Part shown: positions 1 to 9,967 of the stretch, one piece after another
How the letters are laid out: each line of letters starts with the position of its first letter
How positions within the stretch are numbered: position 1 is the stretch's first letter
NCBI GenBank assembly: GCA_965230995.1
Contig: OZ246398.1
Location: 400,213 to 464,212, forward strand
Direction of reading: 5' to 3'
Length of the DNA: 64,000 bases
From: an uncultured Candidatus Saccharibacteria bacterium
Lineage (GTDB): Bacteria; Patescibacteriota; Minisyncoccia; Phycocordibacterales; G965230995
Program-made: the position numbers and the translations under genes
The notes under the pieces: generated by a model
The model's database searches: none
The model's input: the letters and a program-made list of their open reading frames with translations, nothing else
What the model was told of the DNA's origin: nothing

Positions 1-569
1 ATTACTTCGTCGTGTAAATTGTGTGATACAAATGTACCGGTAGAAAGCAAAAGAATAAGACTCAAAATCAAAGTGGTCCAACCACCACCGGCATAGTTAT
101 CAAGACTAAAGTAGGGGAGATAATCAAAAATATGCCAGACTCCACGGAAGAACAAAACTATTCCAATTCCACTTATAAAAGCATAGATAATCGGAGTTTT
201 GCTCAGTTGTATCCTGACCTTGTCTTCAAAAATATCAAAAGGCCTAATTATTTTTTTAAATATGCTCATGCGGCTTTTTTCCTATTTTTATGTTTAACAA
301 CCTTTCTTTGTAGAGATTGTTCGTTGTACCCCTGCGCTTCTCTTTCTGTGAGTGGGTCTTCTTCGCGTACAAATTTTGGTTGCCCATCATCTTTCTTTCT
401 AGGTACTTTGTCTATGTTAAATTTATGCCAATCATTTCTCGCGTATGGTTCACTAAAAGCAAGATTTTTTTCCGCCTCGTTCATACCTTCAATGTTCACT
501 GCAAGTGGATTAGGTCGCTCATTATTTTGTGGTTGTTCTCCCATATTCTTATTATATCAAAATTATATT

Positions 570-1139
570 TTATTTGTACTCTTTAATTAAAAGAAGCTCG
601 TCAATAGAATTAATACTGTCTAGTATATCCATTTTAGGTGAACGAAAATCATCTGTTCCCAAAAGGCTTTTAAATTTTTCAAAAGACACAAGTTCAACTG
701 ATATTCTCTCTCCATTATCTAATTTTTGTTCAGTCTGATCTATAACATCCCACGCAAGAAATATATAGACAAACTGTTCTATTTTGTTATGAGGTTGTTT
801 TATTGATATAAGTCTCCAGTTTTTACATACCAATCCTGTCTCTTCCTGTAATTCACGCTTTGCAGCAGTAAATTCGTCTTCGTCATCTACATCATGCATA
901 CCACCTGGGATATCCAAAAATTCTTTTGAATTTGGTTGCATTTGTCTTGTAATTACAATCTTTTCATCTTTGATTGCTATGGCTTTTATGGTATCTGATC
1001 GCTTTAACATTTCAAATGTCGACAATGACCCATCAAACATTTTTTGTTTCCAGTGATAGACATCGTAAATGATACCCTTGAAAACTTTTTCTGCTTCTTT
1101 GGGCACCAGTCTTGCATTTCTTGGAATAATTTTCCTCAT
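570..1139 (-). CDS. NUDIX hydrolase
   Basis: Nudix box GX5EX7REUXEEXGU is present as ...AAKRELQEETGLV... Confidence 0.7.
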   Translation of the reverse strand: MRKIIPRNARLVPKEAEKVFKGIIYDVYHWKQKMFDGSLSTFEMLKRSDTIKAIAIKDEKIVITRQMQPNSKEFLDIPGGMHDVDDEDEFTAAKRELQEETGLVCKNWRLISIKQPHNKIEQFVYIFLAWDVIDQTEQKLDNGERISVELVSFEKFKSLLGTDDFRSPKMDILDSINSIDELLLIKEYK

Positions 1140-1358
1140 AAAAAGATTATATCAATAAAATAGTATTCTTGCCCCTTATGTTAATTGCGGTGACGATGTC
1201 CGGAACTTTGAACCGGTATTCGCCTTAAAGGCCTTATCTTATGGCCGTATTGATAAAATTATACGCCGTTTACGGTTATTTTACAAGGAAAATCCAGCCT
1301 CTTTTGAAGTTCCAGCATTCGCTGTAAAGGTTTATTAATCGGTATTCGCTTAATTTAG

Positions 1359-1577
1359 CTAAAATTGGTCACCCTTCGTGTCTGATTCCTCAATTAGCTT
1401 ACTTTCCTTAAGGTATCGGCTTACCGCATACCACGCAGAGTTTATTATCGGTATCAGCAGTGTCCAGCGTGGGTCATGCTCTACATAAGCCAAAACGATC
1501 GGCAGTATTGATGAGATTCCGGAATACAGGAAAACGATCGCTAGGTGTTTCAAGGCTTCTTTTTGTGGTGTTGTCAT
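1359..1577 (-). CDS. Small membrane protein (two TM helices) distal to the endolysin. Possibly a holin or spanin-like lysis accessory protein.
   Basis: 72 aa and hydrophobic. Sits immediately downstream of the amidase gene in the lysis cassette. Confidence 0.3.
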   Translation of the reverse strand: MTTPQKEALKHLAIVFLYSGISSILPIVLAYVEHDPRWTLLIPIINSAWYAVSRYLKESKLIEESDTKGDQF

Positions 1578-1580
1578 AGT

Positions 1581-2150
1581 TTAATAAATTATTTTCTTTA
1601 TAATGGCCAAACCCTCCTCGATCTTTCTCACACCATCCTCGACTGAGGTATTTGGCGTGTGATCGCTGGCAAGGGCGACAAGCTCGTCCAGTATCCGCTT
1701 GTCGGTTGCGGGACAATTTGGTTTCTTTGAGTAAATCTCAAAATGGCCAACAATGTGATCACGGTCGACCGGTATTTGCCATCGTTGGCAGATCTCGTGG
1801 ATCATCATTGCGCTCGCTTGTTTCATTGCCTCCGTCCAGATGTCATCAGGCTTTCCCTCGTGTTCAATCCCGATCGTATAAAGGTTTGGATTAATCTTTT
1901 GCTTTATTAGCTTCCAAGTTGGTGCATCTACACGGCCAGCGTGCCAAGCAGTATCTTCCTCTCGAACATATTGATGCACCTCACCATTCTTTCCAATGCC
2001 GTAATGAGCACTTACTTGCGATGCTGGATTTGTAAACCACGCATCAGTTCCGGCCAGCGTGCCGTCCATAATGTGAATGACAATTGCTTCCGGTCGATAA
2101 CTATTGCGACCAGCCCAGAAGTTTGGAGACTTTTTTTGAATAATGTTCAT
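1581..2150 (-). CDS. N-acetylmuramoyl-L-alanine amidase (Amidase_2/PGRP family, T7-lysozyme-like endolysin)
   Basis: Motifs AHYGIGKNGEVHQYV and AWHAG, with the H...H...C zinc amidase layout. Lies between the holin-like genes. Confidence 0.75.
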   Translation of the reverse strand: MNIIQKKSPNFWAGRNSYRPEAIVIHIMDGTLAGTDAWFTNPASQVSAHYGIGKNGEVHQYVREEDTAWHAGRVDAPTWKLIKQKINPNLYTIGIEHEGKPDDIWTEAMKQASAMMIHEICQRWQIPVDRDHIVGHFEIYSKKPNCPATDKRILDELVALASDHTPNTSVEDGVRKIEEGLAIIKKIIY

Positions 2151-2154
2151 AATT

Positions 2155-2400
2155 TTATTTATTTACTGTTATTAATAAATTGATCAGGGCGGTTATCAGA
2201 CCTCCCACTGATGCAGTTGCTAAAATCCAAAAGAAACGCTTGAGCCAGTCGACATCAGTCCCGACTTTCGTCACATCCTCTTGCAAGTGAACAAGATGGT
2301 TGTCTTTGATTTCGTTTACAGTTTTCTCGACTCGATCAAGTCGTTCATCTTGTATTTGGTTTTGGTATTCTGTTTTATCCATATTTTTATTTCGGGACAT
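2155..2400 (-). CDS. Holin-like protein (N-terminal coiled coil, C-terminal TM helix)
   Basis: 81 aa with C-terminal hydrophobic segment ILATASVGGLITALINLLI. Sits directly upstream of the endolysin. Confidence 0.4.
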   Translation of the reverse strand: MSRNKNMDKTEYQNQIQDERLDRVEKTVNEIKDNHLVHLQEDVTKVGTDVDWLKRFFWILATASVGGLITALINLLITVNK

Positions 2401-5400
2401 ATGCCCTCTGATACTGTTTTAGGAGACCTCTGTTTTGCAAAGCTTGTTCGATGTTGTCTTGCTGTTCTTGATCACGCCAAAACTTTTCTTTTTCAATGTC
2501 GACCGATTTTGCTTTTGCACCAATGAGTCCGTACAAAAACTTAACCGCACCAGATGTCTTATCATCGGTCAGTTTTCCAGCTGTAGTGTAAAATCTCCCC
2601 AACGCAGTATTTAAGAAATGGAGTTTGTAAGCATTGGCAACATAACTGGTCGATCCGTCTTTGTTTTTCTTTTCTGTTACTTCAAGCCAATCACGGAGTC
2701 CTGGAACTTTACTCATGAACGGATAGACATTGTTATTCGCTTCTATCGATTCACCGGTGAAGAGGTTTTGTCCGGTTCCGGCTTCTATTGGATATTTAAG
2801 GAGTGGAGACAATTCGCCAATAAAGCTGGCCAGAGTTCTTTGTGGGCTTCCTTTATATAGTCTGTTCACATCCTCAACCGGCAACCCTAAGCCATAGAGG
2901 TATTGTGAGAATCCGCCTTTTTCGCCAAGTCTGATCGGCAAACCCTCTCTCATATATGGAGGTAAGATTGGAAATTCCTCTTTTGCTTTTTCTTTATCTG
3001 ATTGCAACCCTTGAACGGCTTTCCCGATTCCAGCATATTTGCCCGGCTGTTTTACCATTTGTTCAAGTTGAAGTGGAATATTGCCCCGAGTCCATTTGTA
3101 GAATGGCAATAAACGCTTCATGATATTCTGTTCGAATGGTGCTAACGATTCCGGTGCATAGTCGAAGTGGAATTGGAACACGGCTTTGGCCGCCTGTTCG
3201 GGTGCATCGCCCTTGATTAAGCGGTCAACAAATAAAGGCAAACGGAGTCTGTTTTCCACGATCTCCATAGCTTTTTTGGGAGTATCCATCAGTTTTGCCA
3301 CTGGACCTTTTCCAATATCTTTTTCGACTTCTTTCATCACATCCAAATAACCGGGCTGTCCCACGACTCCGAGTCTGTTGGCAATATCTCGTATTTGACC
3401 GTAAGTGTATTTAGTCCCAAGTTGCGTGGTTATTGCACCCTCGGCTCCTCTGGCAATTTGATCAGCTTGCAAGTATCGAGTCGGGCTTTTTACTCCAGCA
3501 ATCCAGTTATTGAAAATTCCACCAATTGAGTTTCTTGTATGGAAAGCTGGAAACCATCCAGTGACTGAACCTTTCCAAAAATTCAAAACCTTATCATAAA
3601 GACCGAGAAACTTTTTCGTTGCTTCCTCGTTGGTTAGAACTTTATAAGTGTCATCAACATGCTTTACAATCTGTTCAGGCAAAAGCGTTCCTTTGAGTTG
3701 TGGCACTGAACTTTCAATATATTTGATTCCGTTTTCGTAGATTGGCTTTGTGATCTCTTTGGTTACCATTTTTCCTGTTACTGGATTTTTGATTTCTTTG
3801 GTCATCACTTCAGCTGGTCGGCCAAATTCCTTTCCGACATTGGTTAAGAAATCATAAGTATTCACAGCTTTGATGTGTTCTGCTTTTCGAGCCGCGAAAG
3901 CTTTAAATGCATCACTTTCAAACATCTGACTGACACCGTGTTGCTTTTGGAAGTATTTATTGATTCCGCCAATCGTATCGTTTAACTCTCTTTCTTTTGC
4001 AAAGGGTGTTTTTATTCGCAACGGTTTATTTAATTCACCGGTGATGTTCGCACTTCCTTTTTGCAAGAAATCACGACCCTCTGGTGTTAGGTAGTGGCGG
4101 AGATAATCCGGCAAAGTGTAGTCGAGGAGACCTCGTTCTTTTTCTTTGGTGGCAAATGTTTTGTGTTGGCCTCTTATGTAGTCAGTGATCTCGTTTATAA
4201 CTTTATTACCGGCTTGTGCAGTATCATCGTTTACTTTCATCATTCCATTCCAATATGGTTTCGGGACTTTTACAGCCGTTCCGGAATATAAGCGACTCTG
4301 ATCTTTTCTACCGGTATATAGCATCGCATCCAGTAATTCATCGCCTTGGCTTTCAGGCATGATGAAGTATTGGACTTTTCCTTTTTTGATTACGATCGGA
4401 CTTGGAAGACCTCCAGCATTTTTGAATTTCATCGAGCCGTCTTTAACTTTCACGAAAACATCAACATCATTTGGTTTTAGTTTTCCCTCCACAGAAGATC
4501 CAAACACTTTCATGTCTACGATGTTGTTTCGGTCGACTCCTTTGATATCGCCAAGATCCACGCCTTTGACCATATCTTTGATTGGTTCAAGAGCTCTCGG
4601 TAGTGGCATTTGAGGTTTAGGCACATTCTCAAGTATTTTTCCTACTTCAATTCCAGCTTTATCTCCCAGTTCTTTCTTGGCTGTTTTTCCGAGAGCCGAC
4701 ACTTCCTCAACCGCTTTGCCAACCTCTGATCTTGTTGCCTTGCTGAAGGCGGAGAATTTATCGACATACTGTTGACCAATTCCACCCGGCATGTCTTTAA
4801 TTGATTTGAATGGCACAAATGCTTTACCAGCCAAATCTTTTGCGCCTTGATATAATTTTCCGACCACTGGAGTTTTCTCTACCAGCGTATCTGCGACTTT
4901 GAATGGTGCCGTTACTACACTGCGAGGCAAGATTTGTTTACCCATGAATTTCAATCCATCTTTGGCCAAAAACTTTTCACCGCCTTCCTCGAGTACTTTT
5001 GTGGCAACGGCTTTTCGTCCGGCCTCCTCGCCAAGCTCTAAAATTGATTTTTTAAGCAGACTACTCCCAGCTTTACTCAATGCTACTTCACCAGCTTTAG
5101 TCGCCAGCTTGGCTTCCGCCCCATACCCGAATGTTATGTAAGTGGTTGGATCAAGTAAGACATCGGCGATAAAACCACCGACTGGGTTTTTAATGCCAAG
5201 AGCTTCAGATGGCAAGGTGTGTTCTTGAATTCCTTTCACAATTCCTTTTCCGCTTATAACTCCTCCCACGGCATAGGCACCGGTGTTTAAGACATGAAGA
5301 ATTTTTTGCAGAGTTGATTCTTGAGGTTGGGCATCAGAAACATCAACATTGTTTTTTAAGGCGTAATCTTTAAGTCCGGCCACCGTAGTGATGTTTGGTT

Positions 5401-5572
5401 TGGCAGAAGTTCCGGCAGAAGTGTCCGTCTCAATTTTTGTGTATCCGCCTTGAGCATTTTTACCGTACTTAACATTCCCAGCAGAAGCTGGAACAGAAGT
5501 TTTCACTGTTGCGGTTGGCACCGTGTCAGTGACTATGTATTTTCCGGTTTTTGGGTCTTTAAGATATGCCAT
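2387..5572 (-). CDS. Large virion/ejection protein (1061 aa) with an embedded minimal nucleotidyltransferase (Pol-beta-fold) motif
   Basis: Lies between the tail genes and the lysis cassette. The motif FGSSVEGKLKPNDVDVFV fits the hG[GS]-x(9-13)-DhD NTase signature. Confidence 0.5.
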   Translation of the reverse strand: MAYLKDPKTGKYIVTDTVPTATVKTSVPASAGNVKYGKNAQGGYTKIETDTSAGTSAKPNITTVAGLKDYALKNNVDVSDAQPQESTLQKILHVLNTGAYAVGGVISGKGIVKGIQEHTLPSEALGIKNPVGGFIADVLLDPTTYITFGYGAEAKLATKAGEVALSKAGSSLLKKSILELGEEAGRKAVATKVLEEGGEKFLAKDGLKFMGKQILPRSVVTAPFKVADTLVEKTPVVGKLYQGAKDLAGKAFVPFKSIKDMPGGIGQQYVDKFSAFSKATRSEVGKAVEEVSALGKTAKKELGDKAGIEVGKILENVPKPQMPLPRALEPIKDMVKGVDLGDIKGVDRNNIVDMKVFGSSVEGKLKPNDVDVFVKVKDGSMKFKNAGGLPSPIVIKKGKVQYFIMPESQGDELLDAMLYTGRKDQSRLYSGTAVKVPKPYWNGMMKVNDDTAQAGNKVINEITDYIRGQHKTFATKEKERGLLDYTLPDYLRHYLTPEGRDFLQKGSANITGELNKPLRIKTPFAKERELNDTIGGINKYFQKQHGVSQMFESDAFKAFAARKAEHIKAVNTYDFLTNVGKEFGRPAEVMTKEIKNPVTGKMVTKEITKPIYENGIKYIESSVPQLKGTLLPEQIVKHVDDTYKVLTNEEATKKFLGLYDKVLNFWKGSVTGWFPAFHTRNSIGGIFNNWIAGVKSPTRYLQADQIARGAEGAITTQLGTKYTYGQIRDIANRLGVVGQPGYLDVMKEVEKDIGKGPVAKLMDTPKKAMEIVENRLRLPLFVDRLIKGDAPEQAAKAVFQFHFDYAPESLAPFEQNIMKRLLPFYKWTRGNIPLQLEQMVKQPGKYAGIGKAVQGLQSDKEKAKEEFPILPPYMREGLPIRLGEKGGFSQYLYGLGLPVEDVNRLYKGSPQRTLASFIGELSPLLKYPIEAGTGQNLFTGESIEANNNVYPFMSKVPGLRDWLEVTEKKNKDGSTSYVANAYKLHFLNTALGRFYTTAGKLTDDKTSGAVKFLYGLIGAKAKSVDIEKEKFWRDQEQQDNIEQALQNRGLLKQYQRAYVPK

Positions 5573-5577
5573 AAGTT

Positions 5578-6906
5578 TTAATTTCCGCTACCGAAAAGAC
5601 CCTTGAAGAATCCTTTCGTTCCACCCCACACACTCTTTGCTACTCCCGGTATCTGTTTAGTGAAGACATCTTGTAAGCCAGCCCCGAATTGTTGTGCTGT
5701 TATCGGAGGAGTGTTGTCTATAATTGCTGGTGTACTATTTGCTGTCGCTGATTCCGCTTCGGCTTTTATTTGATCTCTTTTTGTGATCACTTGTCCTCGG
5801 ATACTTTGAGGCACATTACTTATTGAGAAGTTTGGATTATTTAAGAGTTCCAATGCGTAAGCTTCGACATCATTACCGTCGGTTCCTGATCCGCTTCCTG
5901 TTTTTCCTTTGAGCCCGACTACTTTATTTCCTCCCACATCAAGCACGGTTCCGGCTGGAGTATCATTGGCCAGCTGGGCAAGTTTTAAGGCACGGTCAAT
6001 AACATCTTGAGCATCTTTCTTTTCTTGTTCTTTTCCGTATTTTGCAGAGTCAATTAAATTAGCAACATCTTTTTCTGATGCACCGTATACCTGACTTAGA
6101 ATGTCACCGAGCACACTGTACTGATCTTTTTGGAATCCGAGAGTTTTCTCTGCAACAGTTAAAGGCAAGGTTGAGTCCTCATACTGCATTCCGGCCATTT
6201 CTTTTGCGGAGGCATCAGCCGTTCCCATTTCAGTCGCAAGTTTATTTCTTTCATTCAATAATTTTCTATATTCATCTATCAGTGGTTGTTTTTCGGAAGC
6301 TACAAGTCTTTGCGTTTGGCTCTCGGTTACCAAACCATTACTTGCAACAGTTCTGTCTCTGATATCTTTCTCTGAGCTGTTGATTGCTTCCTCCATTGTG
6401 GCCAATCGATCATCCAAACTTTTCAGATTTGTTTGCATCGTATCAATACCTCTCTTAGTTCTTTCTTGTTGATAGATGTCAGATTTTTTCGGCAAATTTT
6501 TGAGGGTATCGAGATAGGAAGTCTGGCTGTCTTGCATGCTTTTTAAGGTGGAATCAAGACCTAGTTCGGACCGGTATTGTTTAAGCAAAGATGTGTTAGA
6601 AGGCACTTCCGTCCCATAAAGGGTGCTTTTAGCTGACACAGAGCTTGTCCCCGGGCTCGAATTTTGGGCAACGGGCGGTGTTACGGTCGAAGAAGGTGTC
6701 ACGGTGGGACTTGGGTTCGGAACGCTTGCCTTAGGGGCAACAACGGGTGAAGTTGGTGATCCGGGCAAATTCAAGGTAGAGCCTGCGTATATCAGGTTGG
6801 CATTCTTGATGGTCGGGTTGGCTTTCATGATCGCATCAACAGTGGTGCCTTGCTGTTTGGCGATTCCCGATAATGTTTGACCTTTTTGTATGGTAATTTG
6901 AGCCAT
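5578..6906 (-). CDS. LysM-domain phage protein with a Pro/Ser/Thr linker and a coiled-coil region. Possibly a tail/ejection protein that binds peptidoglycan.
   Basis: N-terminal LysM: TIQKGQTLSGIAKQQGTTVDAIMKANPTI...NLIYAGSTLNLP. A low-complexity PSPT linker follows. Confidence 0.6.
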   Translation of the reverse strand: MAQITIQKGQTLSGIAKQQGTTVDAIMKANPTIKNANLIYAGSTLNLPGSPTSPVVAPKASVPNPSPTVTPSSTVTPPVAQNSSPGTSSVSAKSTLYGTEVPSNTSLLKQYRSELGLDSTLKSMQDSQTSYLDTLKNLPKKSDIYQQERTKRGIDTMQTNLKSLDDRLATMEEAINSSEKDIRDRTVASNGLVTESQTQRLVASEKQPLIDEYRKLLNERNKLATEMGTADASAKEMAGMQYEDSTLPLTVAEKTLGFQKDQYSVLGDILSQVYGASEKDVANLIDSAKYGKEQEKKDAQDVIDRALKLAQLANDTPAGTVLDVGGNKVVGLKGKTGSGSGTDGNDVEAYALELLNNPNFSISNVPQSIRGQVITKRDQIKAEAESATANSTPAIIDNTPPITAQQFGAGLQDVFTKQIPGVAKSVWGGTKGFFKGLFGSGN

Positions 6907-6912
6907 ATGATT

Positions 6913-7116
6913 TTAAGTTAGCGTTACATACCTCCACACTCCGTTAAAAAATATATAAAACCGTCTTGTACCGCCGTTGTCGTATAAAGCGAAACTGATC
7001 GGGGTTCTCGGTGTGTCGGACGGCGGTGAGTTCAATATCGGAATATCACGGAGAAGATTGAGTATCGAACCCAGATTCGGATCAAATGGTTGATCTTGGT
7101 TTGGTGCGTTGTTCAT
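6913..7116 (-). CDS. Hypothetical small phage protein
   Basis: ORF of 67 aa sitting in the operon context only. Confidence 0.25.
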   Translation of the reverse strand: MNNAPNQDQPFDPNLGSILNLLRDIPILNSPPSDTPRTPISFALYDNGGTRRFYIFFNGVWRYVTLT

Positions 7117-7310
7117 GTTTGTGGAAGTTTCTTATACTCGGCCAAGACCTCATTAATTTGGTCGAGTTGTTTTTGCATTGCAGTGATCTGTTGTTCCAGT
7201 TCGGCTTTTTGTTTTTCTAAAGCCGGAATGTTCACTGTCGAGACATCCTCACGAATGTCTGTCTTTTTTACATTCTCTTGGTCTATTTTTTCCAATGTGA
7301 ATTTTGTCAT
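7113..7310 (-). CDS. Hypothetical coiled-coil phage protein
   Basis: 65 aa with heptad-like, charged, helical sequence. Its stop and start overlap the neighbouring genes. Confidence 0.35.
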   Translation of the reverse strand: MTKFTLEKIDQENVKKTDIREDVSTVNIPALEKQKAELEQQITAMQKQLDQINEVLAEYKKLPQT

Positions 7311-7314
7311 ATGT

Positions 7315-9006
7315 TTATTTGATTATTCTGTCCGGAACGAATACGGCCGACACATCTTTTAACCCCATATCCCACTCACCGGAATATCCGGAGTTACTCC
7401 AGACTTCGACTTTGAATTGAATTTTTTTCGACCTCGCATTGAACCGAAGCATTTTATTTACTTTGCCTTGATTCTCGTTTCCCTTAATCGTTCCAAGTCT
7501 TTTGAAAGGTGTTATCGCCACATAATCTCCGGCTTGCAGATATCCCTGTGAAGTTCCGACATAGTACAAAGTCTCATCCAAATAAATTGTTTTTGTAGCA
7601 TTGTCCATGCTTTTTATGTGCCTGATCTGTCCAGCCGCCGGACCGGCAAGAACAATCACTTCGTCACCGACCTCATACGAACTACCAAAATAAGAAACGG
7701 TAAAGTAATCCGACCCTCCACCGGTCACATATTTTGCTTGATCTCTTATATTTTGTTCGGTGATGTTGTACTTGATTTCAAATCTTGCAAAACTGCTATT
7801 AGGCATCGGTTTGAAAAAGTTCAGGATCATTTGTTTCCATCTTTTGCGAAGATATGGATCGTTATCTATTAGTGGACTAATCCAGTACGCCCCGAATTCG
7901 TAAGGTCTGAATGTTCCAGTATCGTGGTTCACATCGATAATCGACTTATTGCCATCGCTGTACATCACACGGATTGTGTTGTTGTCGACATAGAGTCCGT
8001 ACATTACCGCTAGTCCCGGAGTCACATGGTTAACCGCACCGGTTGATACTCGGTGTTTGAAATAGAGAGCATTGGTTGATGGGTTATAGCACCAAATTCC
8101 GCAATACTGATTTCGACGACTCACATCGTAAGTGTTCGATCCTTTGGCAATTAGAATTGTGCCTTGATAAACTTTCATGCAACCGGCTTTCAGTGAGATG
8201 TAGTCCTCGTGGTTCATTTCCGGGAACTTGTTAAGCTTCTCAATTCCTGAACCGTTAAAGCGACAGATCCAGCCGTCTCGTGTTAAGAAATACAAAACAT
8301 TTTTATCAACAGCACCGGCAAGACTTTGTGTTTGGGTTAATTGCAGGACACGGTTATAAGTTTGCGAATATCCATCCCAGAAAAACAAAGCTGATCCGAA
8401 TGTCGGATGGTGAGCAGAAATAACAAGATAGTCGGTGAGCGGTGCGAGCCACATAATCACATAACCGGTCGGTAGTGTGAGCTTGTTGGGATTCCAAGAG
8501 CTTGCCCCTGTATCCCATGTAGCCAAATAGTTTTTATTTCCGAAACAAATGAATTTCAAGAACTTAGTAATCGGAACATCGTCAAACGCTGTGTTCACAT
8601 TGAACGACTGCCAGTTGTCCACCCAAGTATTTTTATCAAAGCGACCGACCCAAGTACTTCCGGCATAGTACATATAATCGTCATCGGCATATAATCCGCT
8701 TCCTCCCCAGATGTTTGTGCTGTCGTGTACTTCAGTCCAGCTGTTGTAGGTATTCTCAAAAATCTTTCCGTCATCATGATTGACGCAGTAATATCGATAA
8801 TTGAAATAACACATGTAAGTCGGCTGATTCAGTGTTGGAACGCTCACACTGTCGCTCTCTTTGAAAAACTTATTTGCCACTTTCAAATATGGAGGATACT
8901 GATCAAATTCCAATCCGTTCGAAAACCAAAAAGTTCCCTCGGCATTAAGGTTTGAAATACCTTTGTGGAATTGAGATGTTTTCCAAATCTTTTTTGGTAG
9001 TGACAT
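7315..9006 (-). CDS. Phage tail/baseplate-associated protein (hypothetical, 563 aa)
   Basis: Long Trp/Tyr-rich ORF within the tail gene block. No motif recognised. Confidence 0.45.
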   Translation of the reverse strand: MSLPKKIWKTSQFHKGISNLNAEGTFWFSNGLEFDQYPPYLKVANKFFKESDSVSVPTLNQPTYMCYFNYRYYCVNHDDGKIFENTYNSWTEVHDSTNIWGGSGLYADDDYMYYAGSTWVGRFDKNTWVDNWQSFNVNTAFDDVPITKFLKFICFGNKNYLATWDTGASSWNPNKLTLPTGYVIMWLAPLTDYLVISAHHPTFGSALFFWDGYSQTYNRVLQLTQTQSLAGAVDKNVLYFLTRDGWICRFNGSGIEKLNKFPEMNHEDYISLKAGCMKVYQGTILIAKGSNTYDVSRRNQYCGIWCYNPSTNALYFKHRVSTGAVNHVTPGLAVMYGLYVDNNTIRVMYSDGNKSIIDVNHDTGTFRPYEFGAYWISPLIDNDPYLRKRWKQMILNFFKPMPNSSFARFEIKYNITEQNIRDQAKYVTGGGSDYFTVSYFGSSYEVGDEVIVLAGPAAGQIRHIKSMDNATKTIYLDETLYYVGTSQGYLQAGDYVAITPFKRLGTIKGNENQGKVNKMLRFNARSKKIQFKVEVWSNSGYSGEWDMGLKDVSAVFVPDRIIK

Positions 9007-9015
9007 AGTGTTTGT

Positions 9016-9648
9016 TTATACGAGACTGCTTCTTGGAATCTCGGCTTGATCCGAAGCCGTAGACATTCTGGCTAATTCTTGATCTCGCCATTTTCCAATC
9101 ATTATTCTCTCGAAGTTATTTTCTGCCTGTCGTTCAAGCTCGGTGTCGCCCTGTTGGTTGTAGTACATTTTCTTGCCCCACTCGACATAAGCTTGGTGAT
9201 AGAGTTTTTCGACCTCCGGTTCGTCATTGTCAGATGCAAAGTCGTCTGATATTCGGACAAAGACAAACCTCATGGCACTACCGTCGACTGTTGGTGTCGC
9301 TACTGGGTAAAAATAACCGCCCAGCATATACACTGCATGGTCATCAAACTTGTCTCTGTCTCGGAAGTCGATCAGCTTAAAAGGTGTTTTATCAGTTCCG
9401 ATTCTTAGTTCGATAAACGCACGATAGTTTTCCGGTACGGGATATTTCTCTTGGTTAGCAACAGTTGTGAACGGCTGTTCGGTCTTGAGATAATCCCAAT
9501 AGTCAAAAGTCTGATCTCGATCATCTGATGGACGCCAGCTCTGCACTTTTTCATCGGCTCTTTGAACCCATGTGTTAAGTAGTGTTGAGTCAACGGTCTG
9601 ATCATCGACTTCGTTTTTTATTGCTGTTTTAATATCGCCTCTGGTCAT
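9016..9648 (-). CDS. Hypothetical phage structural protein (210 aa)
   Basis: Operon context only. Tightly packed with its neighbours. Confidence 0.4.
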   Translation of the reverse strand: MTRGDIKTAIKNEVDDQTVDSTLLNTWVQRADEKVQSWRPSDDRDQTFDYWDYLKTEQPFTTVANQEKYPVPENYRAFIELRIGTDKTPFKLIDFRDRDKFDDHAVYMLGGYFYPVATPTVDGSAMRFVFVRISDDFASDNDEPEVEKLYHQAYVEWGKKMYYNQQGDTELERQAENNFERIMIGKWRDQELARMSTASDQAEIPRSSLV

Positions 9649-9652
9649 AGTT

Positions 9653-9967
9653 TTAGATGTCAGCTCTTATTGTGATTCCGATTTGTTTATAGCCGGTCTG
9701 AATCTTTCCGTCAGGAAAAGTGACCTCGACCTCTCCCACATAAGTTCCGGCTGTGTTTGTGTCCGATGAAGTCCAGAGATATTTGCATTTACCTTTGGTG
9801 GCATCGGTTATCACGCAAGTGCTACCGCTAATTTTTACTGATCCGCTGGTGGCATCTTTCATGTAGAATTTGACCGTGCATCCAGTTAAATCTACAGGTG
9901 AACCATCTTGAGTCAGATTGAATTCCAACGGTGGCCTTGTATCGTCTTGAACAATTTTTACGCTCAT
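9653..9967 (-). CDS. Small beta-rich phage protein, possibly a fibre distal/receptor-binding or Ig-like domain protein
   Basis: 104 aa. Start overlaps the stop of the repeat fibre gene by 4 bp (9964-9967). Thr/Ser/Gly-rich. Confidence 0.4.
   Translation of the reverse strand: MSVKIVQDDTRPPLEFNLTQDGSPVDLTGCTVKFYMKDATSGSVKISGSTCVITDATKGKCKYLWTSSDTNTAGTYVGEVEVTFPDGKIQTGYKQIGITIRADI

Noticed and set aside
132-590. 152-aa + strand ORF and overlapping ORFs at the window start
   Set aside because: The translation is low-complexity and Phe/Leu-rich. It overlaps an opposite-strand ORF (266-544) that itself has weak support. This region is left unannotated.
1141-1358. Search for the left prophage att (a copy of gattccccgtaaggtcac)
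   Set aside because: No convincing copy was found. A serine integrase needs only a 2-bp crossover, so the left boundary cannot be set from repeats.
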